A stretch of DNA of 64,000 bases from Mobula hypostoma. Its lineage: Eukaryota. This document shows, one piece after another, positions 12,725 through 26,233 of the stretch (position 1 is the first letter of the stretch; each line of letters opens with the position of its first letter). Under the pieces are notes generated by a model that saw only the letters and a list, made by a program, of their open reading frames with translations, had not been told where the DNA came from and ran no database searches. The position numbers and the translations under genes were made by a program. The stretch is from the NCBI RefSeq assembly GCF_963921235.1, contig NC_086098.1, forward strand, positions 6,696,001 to 6,760,000, written 5' to 3'.

Positions 12725-12990
12725 TAGATATACAGTGGGGGAACAGGTCCTCCCCAGCTAACGAGCTGGACCACCCAGCAATCCACCTATTTAAGCCTCG
12801 CCTAATCACAGGACATTTTACAATGACCAATCAATCTACTAACCGTACATCTTTGGAATGTAGGAGAAAACTGGAACACCCAGAGGAAACCACATGGTTG
12901 CACGAAGAACATACAAACTTTCTAAAAGGGGACGCTGGGATTAAACTCTGAATTCAGCCGCCCCAATCTGAAGTAACGTCACGCTAACCA
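12725..12990 (-). mobile_element. V-SINE
   Basis: Reverse V-domain plus tRNA-head remnant (cacgctaaccactatg). Confidence 0.7.
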
Positions 12991-13956
12991 CTATGTCTCA
13001 CACTCCACACTCATCTGTTCTGGAGGTAGCCTCACCACCTGTTAACACAAACTTGTCTGGGCCAGAACAAAGGAGTAATCACATAGTTTCTCTGCGGCCC
13101 TCTGTCAGGTGGGGAGGCCTTGGTGGGAACAAGGCCTCTGGGTGCAGCCTGCCATTATCCTAGCAAAATTCGACAAACAGCTGTAGTTTGAGGGTGGAAG
13201 TGACGCCGTTGCTAAGCAGATTCTTGACAAAGATTGAGATATTAATAAATATTAAGGGAATTGAGGGGCATGGATTTAATACCAGAAGAAAAGCAACAAA
13301 ATGAAATATCAACCATTTATCTTACTGAAGAGCAGAAGTGGGAATCAATCAGAATCAGGTTTATTATCGCTGGCATATGTCATAAAATTTGTTGCTTTGC
13401 AGCAGCCATATAATGAAAAATATAAAAATGACTAAGTTACAAATAATTTAAATCTAATGAAATACTCTTGCTAGGGGACGGAACAACGTTATGGGTGAAA
13501 GAGAGATTGTGCAGAACGAGAATCAGAATCAGGTTTATTGTCGTTGACATATGTCATGAAATTTGTTTTTTTCGGGGAAGCAGTACAGTGAAAAAAATTA
13601 AAATTACAAAATAAATAAAATAGTGTAATAGATATCTAATGGAATTGACGTCAGCTCTAAATTCATCTGTATGTAAGTACACCAGTATGTATTCTCTGTA
13701 ACCCATATTGAAAAAGCATTTAAACAAAACATTAATTATTTTTTTAAAATAAAGAAATAAAAAAGGAAATAATTTAAAATCTATTTTTAGTAAATTACGT
13801 AAAAGTAAATTAGTTTTAAATAAATGAAATAACAGTCTAAATTTTAAGCTAAGGTGAAGCATTTAATAATATTCTGGCATCTTCTGCCTACCTTTCCAGT
13901 CCCGATGAAGGGTCTTGGCCTGAAAGATCGACTGTTTATTCATTTCTGTAGATGCT

Positions 13957-14928
13957 CAAAGTTCAAAGTAAATTTATAGTCAAAGTACGTACATATATGT
14001 CACCATATACAACTGTGAGATTCTTTTTCCTGCGGGCAGACTCAGCAAATCTATAGAATACCAACTATAACAGGATCAATAAAAGATCAACCAGAGTGCA
14101 GAAGACAACAAACTGTGCAACTGCAAATATAAATAAATAGCAATAAATAATCGGAACATGAGATAATGAGATAAAGAGTCCTTAAAGTGAGATCATTGGT
14201 TGCAGGAACAATTCAATGATGGGGCTAGTGAGTCCAGTTATCCACTTTTATTCAAGAGCCTGATGGCTGAGGGGTAGAAACTGTTCTTGAACCTGGTAGT
14301 GTGAGTCCTGATAGCAGTGGAGGGGATCTCCGATGATGGATGCTGCTTTCCTACAACAACATTTCATGTAGATGTGTTCCAGTGGTTGGGAGGGCTTAAC
14401 CTGTGACGTACTGGGCAGATTTTACTACCCAGGATTTTATAGAATTTTACATTCAAAGGCATTGGTGATTCCATACCAGGCCATGAGACAGCCAGTCAAT
14501 ACTCTCTTTACTACACTTCTATAGAAGTGCCAAAGTTTTAGCTGTCATACCAAATCTCCACAGACTTCTGAGGAAGTGGAAATGCTGCCATGCTTTCTTT
14601 GCAGGAAAGGTCCCCTGAAATAGTAATACCCAGGAATTAAAGTTGCTAACCCTCTCCACATCTGATTGTCCACTGGCTCATGGACCTCTGGTTCCCCTCT
14701 CCTGATCTTGGTCTTGCTGACATTGGCAATCTCCCTCTTATATCCTGATTCATCATCAACTTTAATTCAGCCAGTGACAGTGGTGTCATCAGCAAACTTA
14801 AATGTGGCATTGGAGCTGTGCTGAGCCACACAGTCATTGCCATAAAGCAAGTAGAGCAGGGCCTACGCACACAGCCTTGTGGTGCACCTGTGCTGATGGA
14901 GATCATGGAGGCAATGTTGTTGCCAGTC
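13957..14928 (-). mobile_element. Rex1/Babar-type LINE 3' remnant inserted into a Penelope pLTR fragment
   Basis: Minus-strand ISTGAPQGCV and KFADDTT motifs with an (actttga)n tail. The pLTR halves lie at 13870-13956 and 14929-15004. Confidence 0.7.
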
Positions 14929-15139
14929 TGCCTGGCCTGCTGATTTCATCCTGCATTGTGCGTGCTAGTCTGGATTTCCAGCATCTGTAGAACCTCTTGT
15001 GTTTATTTAAAAATATACTTGCCTTTTAATTTACTTGCTAATGTAAAGACTGAAATTTGCCATTCAGTGTAATTGAGAGAAATGCTGGAGGATCTCAGCA
15101 GGTCAGGCAGCGTCCGTGGAGAGAACGAAGCAATCGATG

Positions 15140-15410
15140 TTTATTTATTGAGATACATCACAGAACAGGCCATTCTGGCCCTTTGAGCCAGGCTGCCCAG
15201 CAATCCCCCGATTTAATCCTCGCCTAGTCATGGGGCAAATTACAATTAACCTACCAACCGGTACATCTTTGGACCGTGGGAGGAAACCAGAGCACCCGGA
15301 GGAAACCCATGTGGTCACGGGAAGAACGTACAAAGGTACAGGCAGCAGCAGGAATTGAACCCGGGTCGCCTGGACTGTAGAACATTGTGCTAACCACTAC
15401 GCTACTGTGC
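15140..15410 (-). mobile_element. V-SINE, near full length
   Basis: The reverse strand has a tRNA head (gcgtagtggttagcac...gggttcaattcc) and a V-domain. Confidence 0.8.
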
Positions 15411-16424
15411 TGCAAGGGACAAGACCTTTCAATAGGACTGGAAAGGAAGGGAGAAGAAGCCAGAGTAAGAAGGTGGGGTGAGGGGGAGGAGTATATAGTC
15501 AGAAAGTTGAATGAATACGATGAGACTAGTGAATGCTCTACCACCACCGAGATCTGGTCATTAGGACAGCAAGTTGTTTATTGCTTACTGTAGTGTTGAG
15601 TGTTTACTGTTTACTGTTTACCAGTGCTGTGCAATGCATGTATTTTGAATTATACTTATTGACTTATTTGTGGTAATATTTTGTTTTATGTGTTGTGTGT
15701 GAAGATGCACCATTGCCCAGAGGAATATTGTTTTGTTTGGTTGTATATATGTACAATCAGATGACAATAAACTTGACCTTGATTTGGAGAGCAGCAGAGA
15801 TCATGGCGGATCTCACTGAGCACCTGTCGAAGTGAAGATTTAAACTTCTTCAGGATAGGCACACTCAAAGACAGTTCGCTGTGGAGCAGCAAATCAAATT
15901 CCATACCAGGGAGCTGGTAAGTCAGTGTAAAATCAGTGAACCCAATGAGATTTGGTTTGGTCACCATACATGCAGCGCTATCTCTGCTCACTGTCTTTCA
16001 TTTCTGTGTTCAGCATAGAATGCTCGCAAGTATGAAACATTATCAAATTTCAACAATTTCAGCAAGATTATATTTTATCAAATGTGTAAACTGTAAGGCC
16101 ATAAGACCACTAAGATGTAGGAGCAGAATTAGGCCATTTGGCCTATCGAGTCTGCTCCGCCTTTTCATCATGGCTGATCCATTTTCCCTCCCAGCCCAAA
16201 TCTCCTGCCTTCTCCCCGTATCTGTTCATATCTTGAAAAATCAGGAATTTATCAACCTCTGCCTTAAATATATCCAGTGACTTTGCCTCCACAGCCACCT
16301 GTGGCAACGAAATTCACTGTCTGGCTAAAGAAATTCCTCCTTATTCCTCCTGCTGTTTTCTAAATAGACATCACTCCATTTATTTGTATCAGTGTGATGA
16401 TTGTTACTTTGACCAACAGGGCAG

Positions 16425-16720
16425 CTGGCATGGTGGTAGCACAGTAGCTTAGCAGTTAGCGCAGCGCTTCACAGTGCCAGCTGTGAGATCGGGGGTTCAA
16501 TTCCCACTGTTGCCTGTTTCTCCCCACAACTGCACGTCTTTCCTGCAGGTACTCCAGTTTCCTCACACATGCCAAAGATGTACGGTTCAGATTGTAAGTT
16601 GCAGGCATGCTCTGTCAGTGCCAGAAGCATGGCGACGTTAGTGGGGTGATTTGACTCGGTGCGAACAATGTGCTTCACTGTCTGTCAGACGACATGTACA
16701 TGTGACGAGTAAAGCTAATC
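16425..16720 (+). mobile_element. tRNA/V-type SINE
   Basis: agcagttagcgcagcgcttcacagtgccagc...gggggttcaattccc head and a V-like core. Confidence 0.65.
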
Positions 16721-17324
16721 TTTTAGAAAAGGGTACTAGTAAGGAAATAGATTACAAGGAAATAAGTAGGGAGATGGGATTGATAGAATTGCTTTGGGTC
16801 CCAGAAGATATTCAATGGCCTACTTTCTATCATAACAAAATATAAAATATATATAAAAGAATATGAGATATATGTAATGGATTTCTGTGTCATTAATAAT
16901 TATAGCTACTGCTATTCCTCAATTCATGAATTTTCATAATTCCTTTTACTCCTTAGGGCATGTCTCATTGACCTAGAACTCCGTCACAACTTGAGTTTCA
17001 CTGTTCATTGGAATATACTGCACCAAAAAGGATACAATGCATCCCATTCAGATTTCTCAGTTTACATAATCTGACTTAGCTAAAGATTTTGTGAATTGAA
17101 AAAAATGGTTGAACCTAATGATTTTCAAAACCCAGAGTTAGAGTTTTTTACTCATGGGCTTCTACAAACGCTCGGTAGAGAGCATCCTAACATGCTGCAT
17201 CACTGCATGCGATGGAAACTGCTCTGCAGCAGGTAAATAAAACTGACCAATGCATCACGCGCACCAGCCCGCATGCCATCAAGGACGTACATCCCGGAAG
17301 CTGTCGGAAAAAGGCCAGTTACTT

Positions 17325-18530
17325 TTTTACCTTGCATGTCGATGATTTGGGTGATGGAATTGATGGACTTTTTGCAAAGTCTGCAGGTGATATGAAGATA
17401 GGTGGAGGGGCAGGTAATTGTGAGGAAGCAGAGAGGCTACAGAAAGGGTCAGACAGATTAGGAGAATGGGCAAAGAAATGGCAGACGGAATCCAGTGTTG
17501 GGAAGTGTGTGGTCATGCACTCTGGTAGGGGAAATTAAAGGGTTGACTATTTTCTAAATGGAGCAAAAATACAAAAATCTGAGGTGCAAAGGGAATTGGG
17601 AGTCCTTGTGCAGGATTCCCTAAAGGTTAATTTGCAGGTTGAATATGTGATGAGGAAGGCAAATGCAATGTTAGCATTCATTTCAAGAGGACTAGAACAT
17701 AACACCAAGGATGTAATGTTGAGACTTTATAAAGCATTAATGAGGCCCAACTTGGAGTATTGTGAGCAATCTTGGGCCCCTTATCCTAGAAAGGATGTGA
17801 TGAAATTGGAGAGGGTTCAAAGGAGGTTCACGAAAATGATTCCAGGATTGAAAGGCTTGTCATATGAAGAGCTTTTTGAAGGCTTTGGGCCTGTATTCAC
17901 TGGAATTCAGAAGAATGAGGGGTGACCTCATTGAAACCTATCAAGTGTCGAAAGTGGATGTGGAGAGGATGGTTCCTATGGTGGAAGAGCCTAAGATAGA
18001 GGACACAGCCTCAGAAAAGAGGGGCATCCATTTAGAATTGAGTTAAAGAGAAATTCCTTTAGCCAGAGAGTGGAGAATCTGTGGAATTCATTGCCATAGG
18101 CAGCTGTGAAGGCTACGTCATTGGGTATATTTAAGGCAGAGAACATAGAACATAGAATAGTACAGCACAGTACAGGCCCTTCAGCCCACAATGTTGTGCC
18201 GAGCCTCAAACCCTGCCTCCCATATAACCCCCCACCTTAAATTCCTCCATATACCTGTATAGTAGTCTTTTAAACTTCATTAGTGTATCTGCCTCCACCA
18301 CTGACTCAGGCAGTACATTCCACACAACAACCACTCTCTGAGTAAAAAACCTTCCAATAAAAAAACCAGAGGTTGATATATTGTTGATTTGTCAGAGCAC
18401 GAGGGGATATGGTGCAGGGGGGAGGCAGGAGATTGGGGCTAGGAGGGAAAATGGATCAGTCATGATGAAATGGTGGAGCAGACTCGATGGGTCGAATGGG
18501 CTAATTCTGCTCCTGTGTCTTATGGTTTTC
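17325..18530 (+). mobile_element. Degenerate CR1 RT 3' fragment with a nested minus-strand CR1 tail (~18140-18355)
   Basis: KSAGDMKIGG, QRELGVLV, LYKALMRPNLEYC and ERVQRRFTKMIPG. Confidence 0.85.
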
Positions 18531-19009
18531 TGGTAACATCATGAAGGATCCCACCCACCCTGCTCATGGACTGTTTTCCTCCTCCCATCAGGACGGAGGC
18601 TACGTAGCATTCATGCCAGGACCACCAGGCTCAAAAAGAGTTACTTCCACAAGCAGTGAAACTGATCAATACTTCCACCCACTAACCCATCCCTCCACAC
18701 CCCCAGCCGCCATTCCTTAGTCATTTCCTCTAAGAGTTACCTTATCTACGGACATTCCTGTGCCTAGCATCATTTTATTGATATACAATCATTGTCAACA
18801 GTATAAGTCATATTAAGTGTTTTATATTTATTGGGATTTTTATTATTGTGGGGTTTTTTTGCGCTGAATCATAACCAGAGTAACAATGATTTAGATAATT
18901 GCCGAATTTACTCTAGACAATAAAATATTACGATTAGACATTTTGAGACCAATAGTAGGTTATCAGTGAAATGGAAATTGTTAAGTTTGAATTCATTTTA
19001 GCTAGCAGG

Positions 19010-19410
19010 AAGAAGGATCTCATGGAAACTTAGCGAATATTGAAAGGTCTGGATAGAGTGGATACAGAGAAGATGTTTCCTATAGTGGGGGGGGGGGCGT
19101 GTTTGACCAGAGGGCTCAGGCTCATAATAGAGGGACACTTATTTAGAATGGAGATGAGGAAAAATTTCTTCAGCCAGTGGGTGATGAATCTGTGGAATTC
19201 TTTGCCACAGACAGATGTGCAGGCCAAGTTATTGGGTATACTTAAGGTAAAGGTTGATAGGTTGTTGATTAGTTAGGGTGTCAAAGGTTACAGGGAGAAG
19301 TCAGGAGAATGGGGTCGAGAAGGATAATAAATCAATCATGATGAAATGGCGGAGCTGACTTGATGGGCTGAATGGTCTAATTTTACTCCCAGGTCTTATG
19401 GTCTTATTAT
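19010..19410 (+). mobile_element. CR1 LINE 3' fragment
   Basis: KGLDRVDTEKMFP...FRMEMRKNFFSQWVMNLWNSLP and a tatggtctta tail. Confidence 0.85.
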
Positions 19411-19965
19411 TTTGATCTCCTTTACACCTGTGCACTGCAAATAACATCAAACAATCTTGGATCTTGTAAAAGTCAAATGCAAATTTTGAGGAAATGGAAC
19501 TGAAGAAGCAATTGAAAAAAATCAAGTATAAAGTATTGTCTTTCAACACTTCATCCTGCTTCAGCAAACAGGACATTTGCAGTTTAAACTGACAAATTGT
19601 GTAATCTGCTAAAGGAGCTCGAAGACTTTCATCACAACTTTGACAGCAATGAAGTTCGTATTATTTTTTCATTGACCTCATGGTATTATCCGATGATAAC
19701 AACAAAAGGATGAAGTTTCCTCCTGTACGACTTAGAGTACATTGGTTAAGATATTTAGATCAAGTTCCTGCGTGATGTTCAAAAGCAGTCATTAATCTGT
19801 CAGGAATTTGATCTGAGAAATGTTAAGGCCTGAGAGATCAATCTAACATTACCATTAAAAGCTACTCAACCTTGATCATTTCCACTTCACAGATTATCTA
19901 CTATTGGTCCCAAAGGGCCTCATCTTGATATTTTATTCTCTAAAGTCAATTCGGCAACTCACAAA

Positions 19966-20510
19966 ACACTCAGTGACCACTTTATTAGATAGCTCCTGTA
20001 CACAATAAGGTGGCCACCGAGTGTATGTTCATGGTGTTCTGCTGTTTTAGCCCATCCACTTCAAGACCCAACATATTGTGTATTCAGGGATGATCTTCTG
20101 CACACCACTGTTGTGGTACAAGTGGTTATTTGAGTTACAGTCACCTTTCTGTCAGCTTGAACCAATCTGGCCATTCTCCTCTGACTTCTCAAAGCATTTT
20201 TGTCCATTTAACTGCCACTTTTTTGTTTTTCGCACCATTCTGTGTAAACTCTAGAGTCTGTCATGTGTGAGAATCCCAGGAGGTCAGCAGTTTCTGAGAT
20301 ACTCAAACCACCCTGTCTGGCACCAACAATCATCCCATAGTCAAAGTCACTTAGATCACATTTCTTCCTCACTCTATTATTTAGTTTGAACAACGACTGA
20401 ACCTCTTGACCATGTCTGCCTTGAGTTGCTGCCACATGATTGGTTGTTTGGATTTTTGCGTTAACAAGCAGATGTAGAGGTGTATCCAATAAACTGACCG
20501 CTGACTCTAT
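19966..20510 (-). mobile_element. Non-autonomous Tc1-like element with transposase N-terminal HTH remnant
   Basis: ORF 20208-20516(-) gives DLSDFDYGMIVGARQGGLSISETADLLGFSH...SRVY. TIR-like cactcagtgaccactttattag. Related copies at 37620-37835, 40405-40860 and 50185-50250. Confidence 0.75.
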
Positions 20511-21919
20511 GTTCATTCATTTTAATGGAGAAATTACCACTCCATGGTGTGAAGTAAAAGTCCTGTGTCTAAGGCATTTCCATGTTTTTCACTTCCTTTT
20601 TCCATTAAGGGTGCAACCCGGAAGTTAAATTTAGAAAATCAAAGACCTGCAAATGCCAGAAAGGTGAAATAAAAGCTGAAAATGCTGGAGATATTCAGCA
20701 AGTCAGGCAGCATCTGTGAAGAGGGGAGTATGGTTAACCATACAGAAAATTACCTTTCATTTTAATAAATAGAAGCTGAAAATAATACATGTTTTTTTAA
20801 GTTGCAGAGAATAAAGAATCAGCTAGTTGATCTTGTAGTGCAGTTAGTGATTTGCAGATATGATGTTGTGGGCATCGCTGAGTCGTGCCTGAAAGAAGAT
20901 CACAGTCAGGAGCTTAACATCCAAGGACACACATTATATCGAAAGGACAGGGCTGGTGGGCAGTGGGGGAAGGGTGGCTCTTGGGGAAAAAGACTGAAAT
21001 CCAATCCTTAGAAAGTTGTGTCATCAGATTGGAACATTTAGAATCCTGTTCCTCAGGGGTTGGTGTTGGGACCGCTTCTTTTCACGTTGTAGGCCTATAA
21101 TTTGGGTGATGAAATTGCTGGCTTTGTGACCAAGTTAGCAGATGATATGAAGGTAGGTGGAGGGGCAGGTAGTATTGAGGAAACAGGGGGTCAGAGGGAG
21201 GTGAGTCCGTGGAATTCATTGCCACAGAAGAATGTGGAAGCCAAGTCATTGGGTGTATTAAAAGCGGAGATAATTAGGTTCTTGGTTAGTCAGGTCATCA
21301 AAGGTTATGAGGAGAAGGCAGGATGATGGAATGGCAGAGTAGACTTGATCGGATGAGTAGCCTACTTCTACTCCTATGTCCTATGGTCTTAGAAGGGGGA
21401 ACGATTTGGAAAATAAAGGGAATGAATAGAGATGTTATCAGATTGAATGACAGAAATGATGCTGGTGCCAGATAAAGGAGGAGGATCAATAAGACCAGAG
21501 AACTGATTGCGGATTTCAGGAATGGGAAGTCGAGGGAACACACACACTAGTGCTCGTCAAGGGATCAGCAGTGGAACAGGGGAGCAGTTTCAGGTTCCTG
21601 GGTGTTAACATCTCTGGAGGTCTATCCTGGGCCCAGCACATTGATGCAATTATGCAGGCGGCAGGCAGTGGCTATATTTCATTTGGAGTTTGAGGAGATT
21701 TGGTATGTCCCAAAAGACTGTAGCGAATTTCTACAGATGGTTCTGTGAAGAGCATTCTGACTGGCCGCATCACCGTTTTGTATGGAGGAGCCTCTTCGGG
21801 GGTTGTAAATTCAGCCAGTCTTGCAAGACTAACGGATCCCTTAATAGGTATTTATGCAGGCATGGGGAAAAAGCAAATTTTCTGCACAAGAGCAGTTAGA
21901 ATTGAAAATTAATATTTTT

Positions 21920-22200
21920 GTATTTATTGAGATGCAGCACAGGGTAGGCCCTTCCGGCCTTTTGAGCCACGTTGCCTAGCAAACACTGATTTAACCCAAG
22001 TCTAAATACAGGGTGTTTTACAATGACCAATTAAACTACCACCAGTATGCCTTTGGACTGTGGGAGGAAGCCGGAATGCCTGGAGGAAACTCACACAGTC
22101 ACGGTGAGAACGTATAAACTCCTTACAGGCAGTGTCGGGACTTGAACCTGGGGTCGCTGCTACTGTAAAGCATTGTGCTAACCACTACCCAACCATGCCA
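21920..22200 (-). mobile_element. V-SINE
   Basis: Reverse V-domain and tRNA head (cattgtgctaaccactac). Confidence 0.75.
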
Positions 22201-22709
22201 CACCATATTATATATGGGCATGAACAGAAGATAAGTTAATTAAGAGTAAACAGAAAACTATTCTCAGTTTGATAATCAGTAAATGTGACGCGTCACAGAG
22301 ATCAGAATTAAGTCTGAAACTACTTGAAATCGGTACTAATGACTTAGATGAAAGGATTTACTGATGTTACAAAGATTGATAAGTGAAGAAGTTGTGAGAC
22401 TACAAAAAAAGTCTGCAAAGGGATCTAATTAGACGGTCAGTGGGCTAGAAGTTGGTAGATGGAGTTTAATGTCAGAATATGTAATCTTATCCACTTTGAA
22501 AGGAAGAATAAAAAAATTAAATCTTGAAGTACAAAGGGATCTGAGAGTCCGAGTACATGAAAGGGAAAAAAGTCAGAATGCAGAACCAACAAGTAATTAG
22601 GAAGCCCAATGGGCATTGCCCTTTATTGACATGGATAGGGAATATGAAAAGTATAAAGTTTTGATGCAAAGTTGAGACTTTGAAAATAAATTGCTAGAAG
22701 ATTTGGATT

Positions 22710-23200
22710 CAACCGGTAAAGCCCTCCCAAACACTGAGCACATCTACATGAAACATTGTCGTTCGAAAGCAGCATCTTTAACAAAGATCCTCACCACCCA
22801 GGCTATGCTCTTTTCTTGTTCCTGCATTCAGGTAGAAGGTACAGAAGCTCAGGACTTGCACCACCAGGTTCAGGAACAGTTACTACCTCTCAGCCATCAG
22901 GCTCTTGAACAAAAGAGGATAACTACACTCATCTATTGAGATGTTCCCACAGCCAATGATCTCACTTTAAGGACTCTTTACCTTGTTATTTCATGCTCTT
23001 GTTATTTATTGCTATTTATCTATATCTGTACTTGCACAGCTGGTTGTTATCTATGCGCTTGCTCTTTCATTGATCTGGTTATCGTTACTCATCTATAGAT
23101 TTGCTGAGTATGCCCCCAGGAAGAAGAATCACAGGGTTGTATGTGGTGACAAATATGTACTCCGATAATAAAATTTACTTTAAACTTTGAACTTTTTGAA
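22710..23200 (+). mobile_element. Rex1/Babar-type LINE 3' end
   Basis: caccaccaggttcaggaacagttactacc motif and an (actttga)n tail. Similar to 49580-50180. Confidence 0.65.
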
Positions 23201-23208
23201 CTTTCAGC

Positions 23209-23281
23209 CAGGGGGTTCTCAACCTGAGGTGCACAGTTAAGAATAAAGGTCCATGGCAGAAAAAAAGGTTGAAAACCCTTG
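23209..23281. mobile_element. Tiny hAT/Charlie-like MITE
   Basis: Imperfect TIRs cagggggttctcaacc / ggttgaaaacccttg. The right flank atctagag matches the Charlie-type NTCTAGAN target. Confidence 0.55.
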
Positions 23282-23480
23282 ATCTAGAGTATCATGTCTA
23301 GTTTTGGAAAGAGGGGGCATAGTTTCAAAATAAGGAATCACCTCTTGTTTTATTTCAATGGTTTCCTTCGCCAGGCGACCCCAAAAACAGGGAAGCCATT
23401 GAAATAAAACTAAAGGAAAGCACTAGATCAAAGTTGCTGGTGAACACAGCAGGCCAGGCAGCATCTCCAGGAAGAGGTGC

Positions 23481-23516
23481 AGTCGACGTTTCAGGCCGAG
23501 ACCCTTCGTCAGGACT
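23481..23516 (-). ncRNA. Minimal type I hammerhead ribozyme motif in inverted pLTR
   Basis: Minus strand reads AGTC-CTGACGA-A-GGGT(CTCG)GCCT-GAA-ACGT-C^GACT. The core is complete, stem I is AGUC/GACU, and stem III is the palindromic ACGU. Confidence 0.75.
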
Positions 23517-23810
23517 AACTGAAGGAAGAGTGAGTAAGGGATTTGAAAGTTGGAGGGGGAGGGGGAGATCCAAAATGATAGGAGAAGACAGGAGGGGGAG
23601 GGATGGAGCCGAGAGCTGGACAGGTGATAGGCAAAAGGGGATACGAGAGGATCATGGGACAGGAGGTCCGGGAAGAAAGATGGGGGGGGGGGACCCAGAG
23701 GATGGGCAAGAGGTATATTCAGAGGGACAGAGGGAGAAAAAGGAGAGTGAGAGAAAGAATGTGTGCATAAAAATAAGTAACAGATGGGGTACGAGGGGGA
23801 GGTGGGGCCT

Positions 23811-25902
23811 CACACCTCAGCGAGTTCTGTGTTCGCCATGATGCAGAACTTTTCTTCCGCCGTCTCCATCTCCGAGCCTACTTCTTCGGCAAGGACTTTT
23901 CCACCCCCACCGATGACCCCTTCTCCAGTCTTCAACCCTCCTCTTCTTCATGGACACCCCGCTCTGGTCTTCTGCCTGCTCTGGATCTCTTTATCGCTAA
24001 CTGCCGACGGGACATCAACCGTCTCGACTTCACCGCACCTTGTCCCCATTCCAACCTCACTCCTTCGGAACGCTCTGCTCCCCACTCCCTCCGCACTAAT
24101 CCTAACCTTATTATTAAACCCGCCGATAAGGGGGGTGCTGTTGTAGTCTGGCGTACTGACCTCTACCTTGCCGAGGCACAGCGACAACTCGCGGATACCT
24201 CCTCTTATTTACCCCTAGATCGTGACCCCACCAAGGAGCACTAGGCCATTGTCTCCCACACCATCACCGACTTTATCCGCTCAGGGGATCTCCCATCCAC
24301 TGCTACCAACCTTATAGTTCCCACACCCCGCACTTCCGTTTCTAGCTCCTACCCAAGATCCACAAACTTGCCTGTCCTGGCCGACCTATTGTCTCAGCTT
24401 GCTCCTGCCCCACCGAACTCATTTCTGCATACCTTGACACTGTTTTATCACCCCTTGTTCAATCCCTTCCGACCTATGTTCGTGACACTTCTCACGCTCT
24501 TAAACTTTTCGATGATTTTAAGTTCCCTGGCCCCCACCGCTTTATTTTCACCATGGATGTCCAGTCCTTATATACTTCCATCCCCCATCAGGAAGGTCTC
24601 AAAGCTCTACGCTTCTTTCTGGATTCCAGACCTAATCAGTTCCCGTCTACCACCACTCTGCTCCGCGGAATTAGTCCTTACTCTTAATAATTTCTCCTTT
24701 GGCTCCTCCCACTTCCTCCAAACTAAAGGTGTAGCTATGGGCACCCGTATGGGTCCTAGCTATGCCTGCCTTTTTGTTGGGTTTGTTCAACAATCTATGT
24801 TCCGTGCCTATTCTGGTATCTGTCCCCCACTTTTCCTTCGCTACATCGACGACTGCATTGGCGCTGCTTCCTGCACGCATGCAGAACTCATTGACTTTAT
24901 TAACTTTGCCTCCAACTTTCACCCTGCCCTCAAGTTTACCTGGTCCATTTCGGACACCTCCCTCCCCTTTCTAGATCTTTCTGTCTCTGTCTCTGGAGAC
25001 AGCTTATCCACTGATGTCTACAATAAGCCTACTGACTCTCACAGCTATCTGGACTATTCCTCTTCTCACCCTGTCTCTTGCAAAAACGCCATCCCCTTCT
25101 CGCAATTCCTCCGTCTCCGCCGCATCTACTCTCAGGATGAGGCTTTTCGTTCTAGGACGAGGGAGATGTCTTCTTTTTTTAAAGAAAGGGCTTCCCTTCC
25201 TCCACTATCAACTCTGCTCTTAAACGCATCTCCCCCATTTCACGTACATCTGCTCTCACTCCATCCTCCCGCCACCCCACTAGGAATAGGGTTCCCCTGG
25301 TCCTCACCTACCACCCCACCAGCCTCCGGGTCCAACATATTATTATCCGTAACTTCTGCCACCTCCAACGGGATCCCACCACTAAGCACATCTTTCCCTC
25401 CCCCCCCCGCATTCCGCAGGGATCACTCCCTACACAACTCCCTTGTCCATTCGTCCCCCCATCCCTCCCCACTGATCTCCCTCCTGGCACTTACCCGTGT
25501 AAGCGGAACAAGTGTTACACATGCCCTTACACTTCCTCCCTTACCACCATTCAGGGCCCCAAACAGTCCTTCCAGGTGAGGCAACACTTCACCTGTGAGT
25601 CGACTGGGGTGATATGCTGTGTCCGGTGCTCCCGATGTGGCCTTTTATATATTGGCGAGACCCGACGCAGACTGGGAGACCGCTTTGCTGAACATCTACG
25701 CTCTGTCCGCCAGAGAAAGCAGGATCTCCCAGTGGCAACACATTTTAATTCCACATCCCATTCCCATTCTGACATGTCTACTCACGGCCTCCTCTACTGT
25801 AAAGATGAAGCCACACTCAGGTTGGAGGAACAACACCTTATATTCCGTCTGGGTAGCCTCCAACCTGATGGCATGAACATCGACTTCTCTAGCTTCCGCT
25901 AA
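23811..25902 (+). pseudogene. Penelope RT plus GIY-YIG endonuclease ORF, disrupted by frameshifts and a stop
   Basis: KPADKGGAVVVW, QTKGVAMGTRMGPSYA, LRYIDD, LPFLDL, VYNKPTD, linker Zn motif CKRNKCYTC, and CSRCGLLYIGETRRRLGDRFAEH...HF...H. Confidence 0.9.
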
Positions 25903-26197
25903 GGCCCCACCTCCCCCTCGTACCCCATCTGTTACTCATTTTTATGCACACATTCTTTCTCTCACTCTCCTTTTTCTCCCTCTGTCCCTCTGAATATACC
26001 TCTTGCCCATCCTCTGGGTCCCCCCCTTCCTTGTCTTTCTTCCCGGACCTCCTGTCCCATGATCCTCTCGTATCCCCTTTTGCCTATCACCTGTCCAGCT
26101 CTTGGCTCTATCCCTCCCCCTCCTGTCTTCTCCTATCATTTTGGATCTCTCCCTCCCCCTCCCACTTTCAAATCCCTTACTCACTCTTCCTTCAGTT

Positions 26198-26233
26198 AGT
26201 CCTGACGAAGGGTCTCGGCCTGAAATGTCGACT
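26198..26233 (+). ncRNA. Minimal hammerhead ribozyme motif in 3' pLTR (ACGT changed to ATGT)
   Basis: agtcctgacgaagggtctcggcctgaaatgtcgact. Confidence 0.65.
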
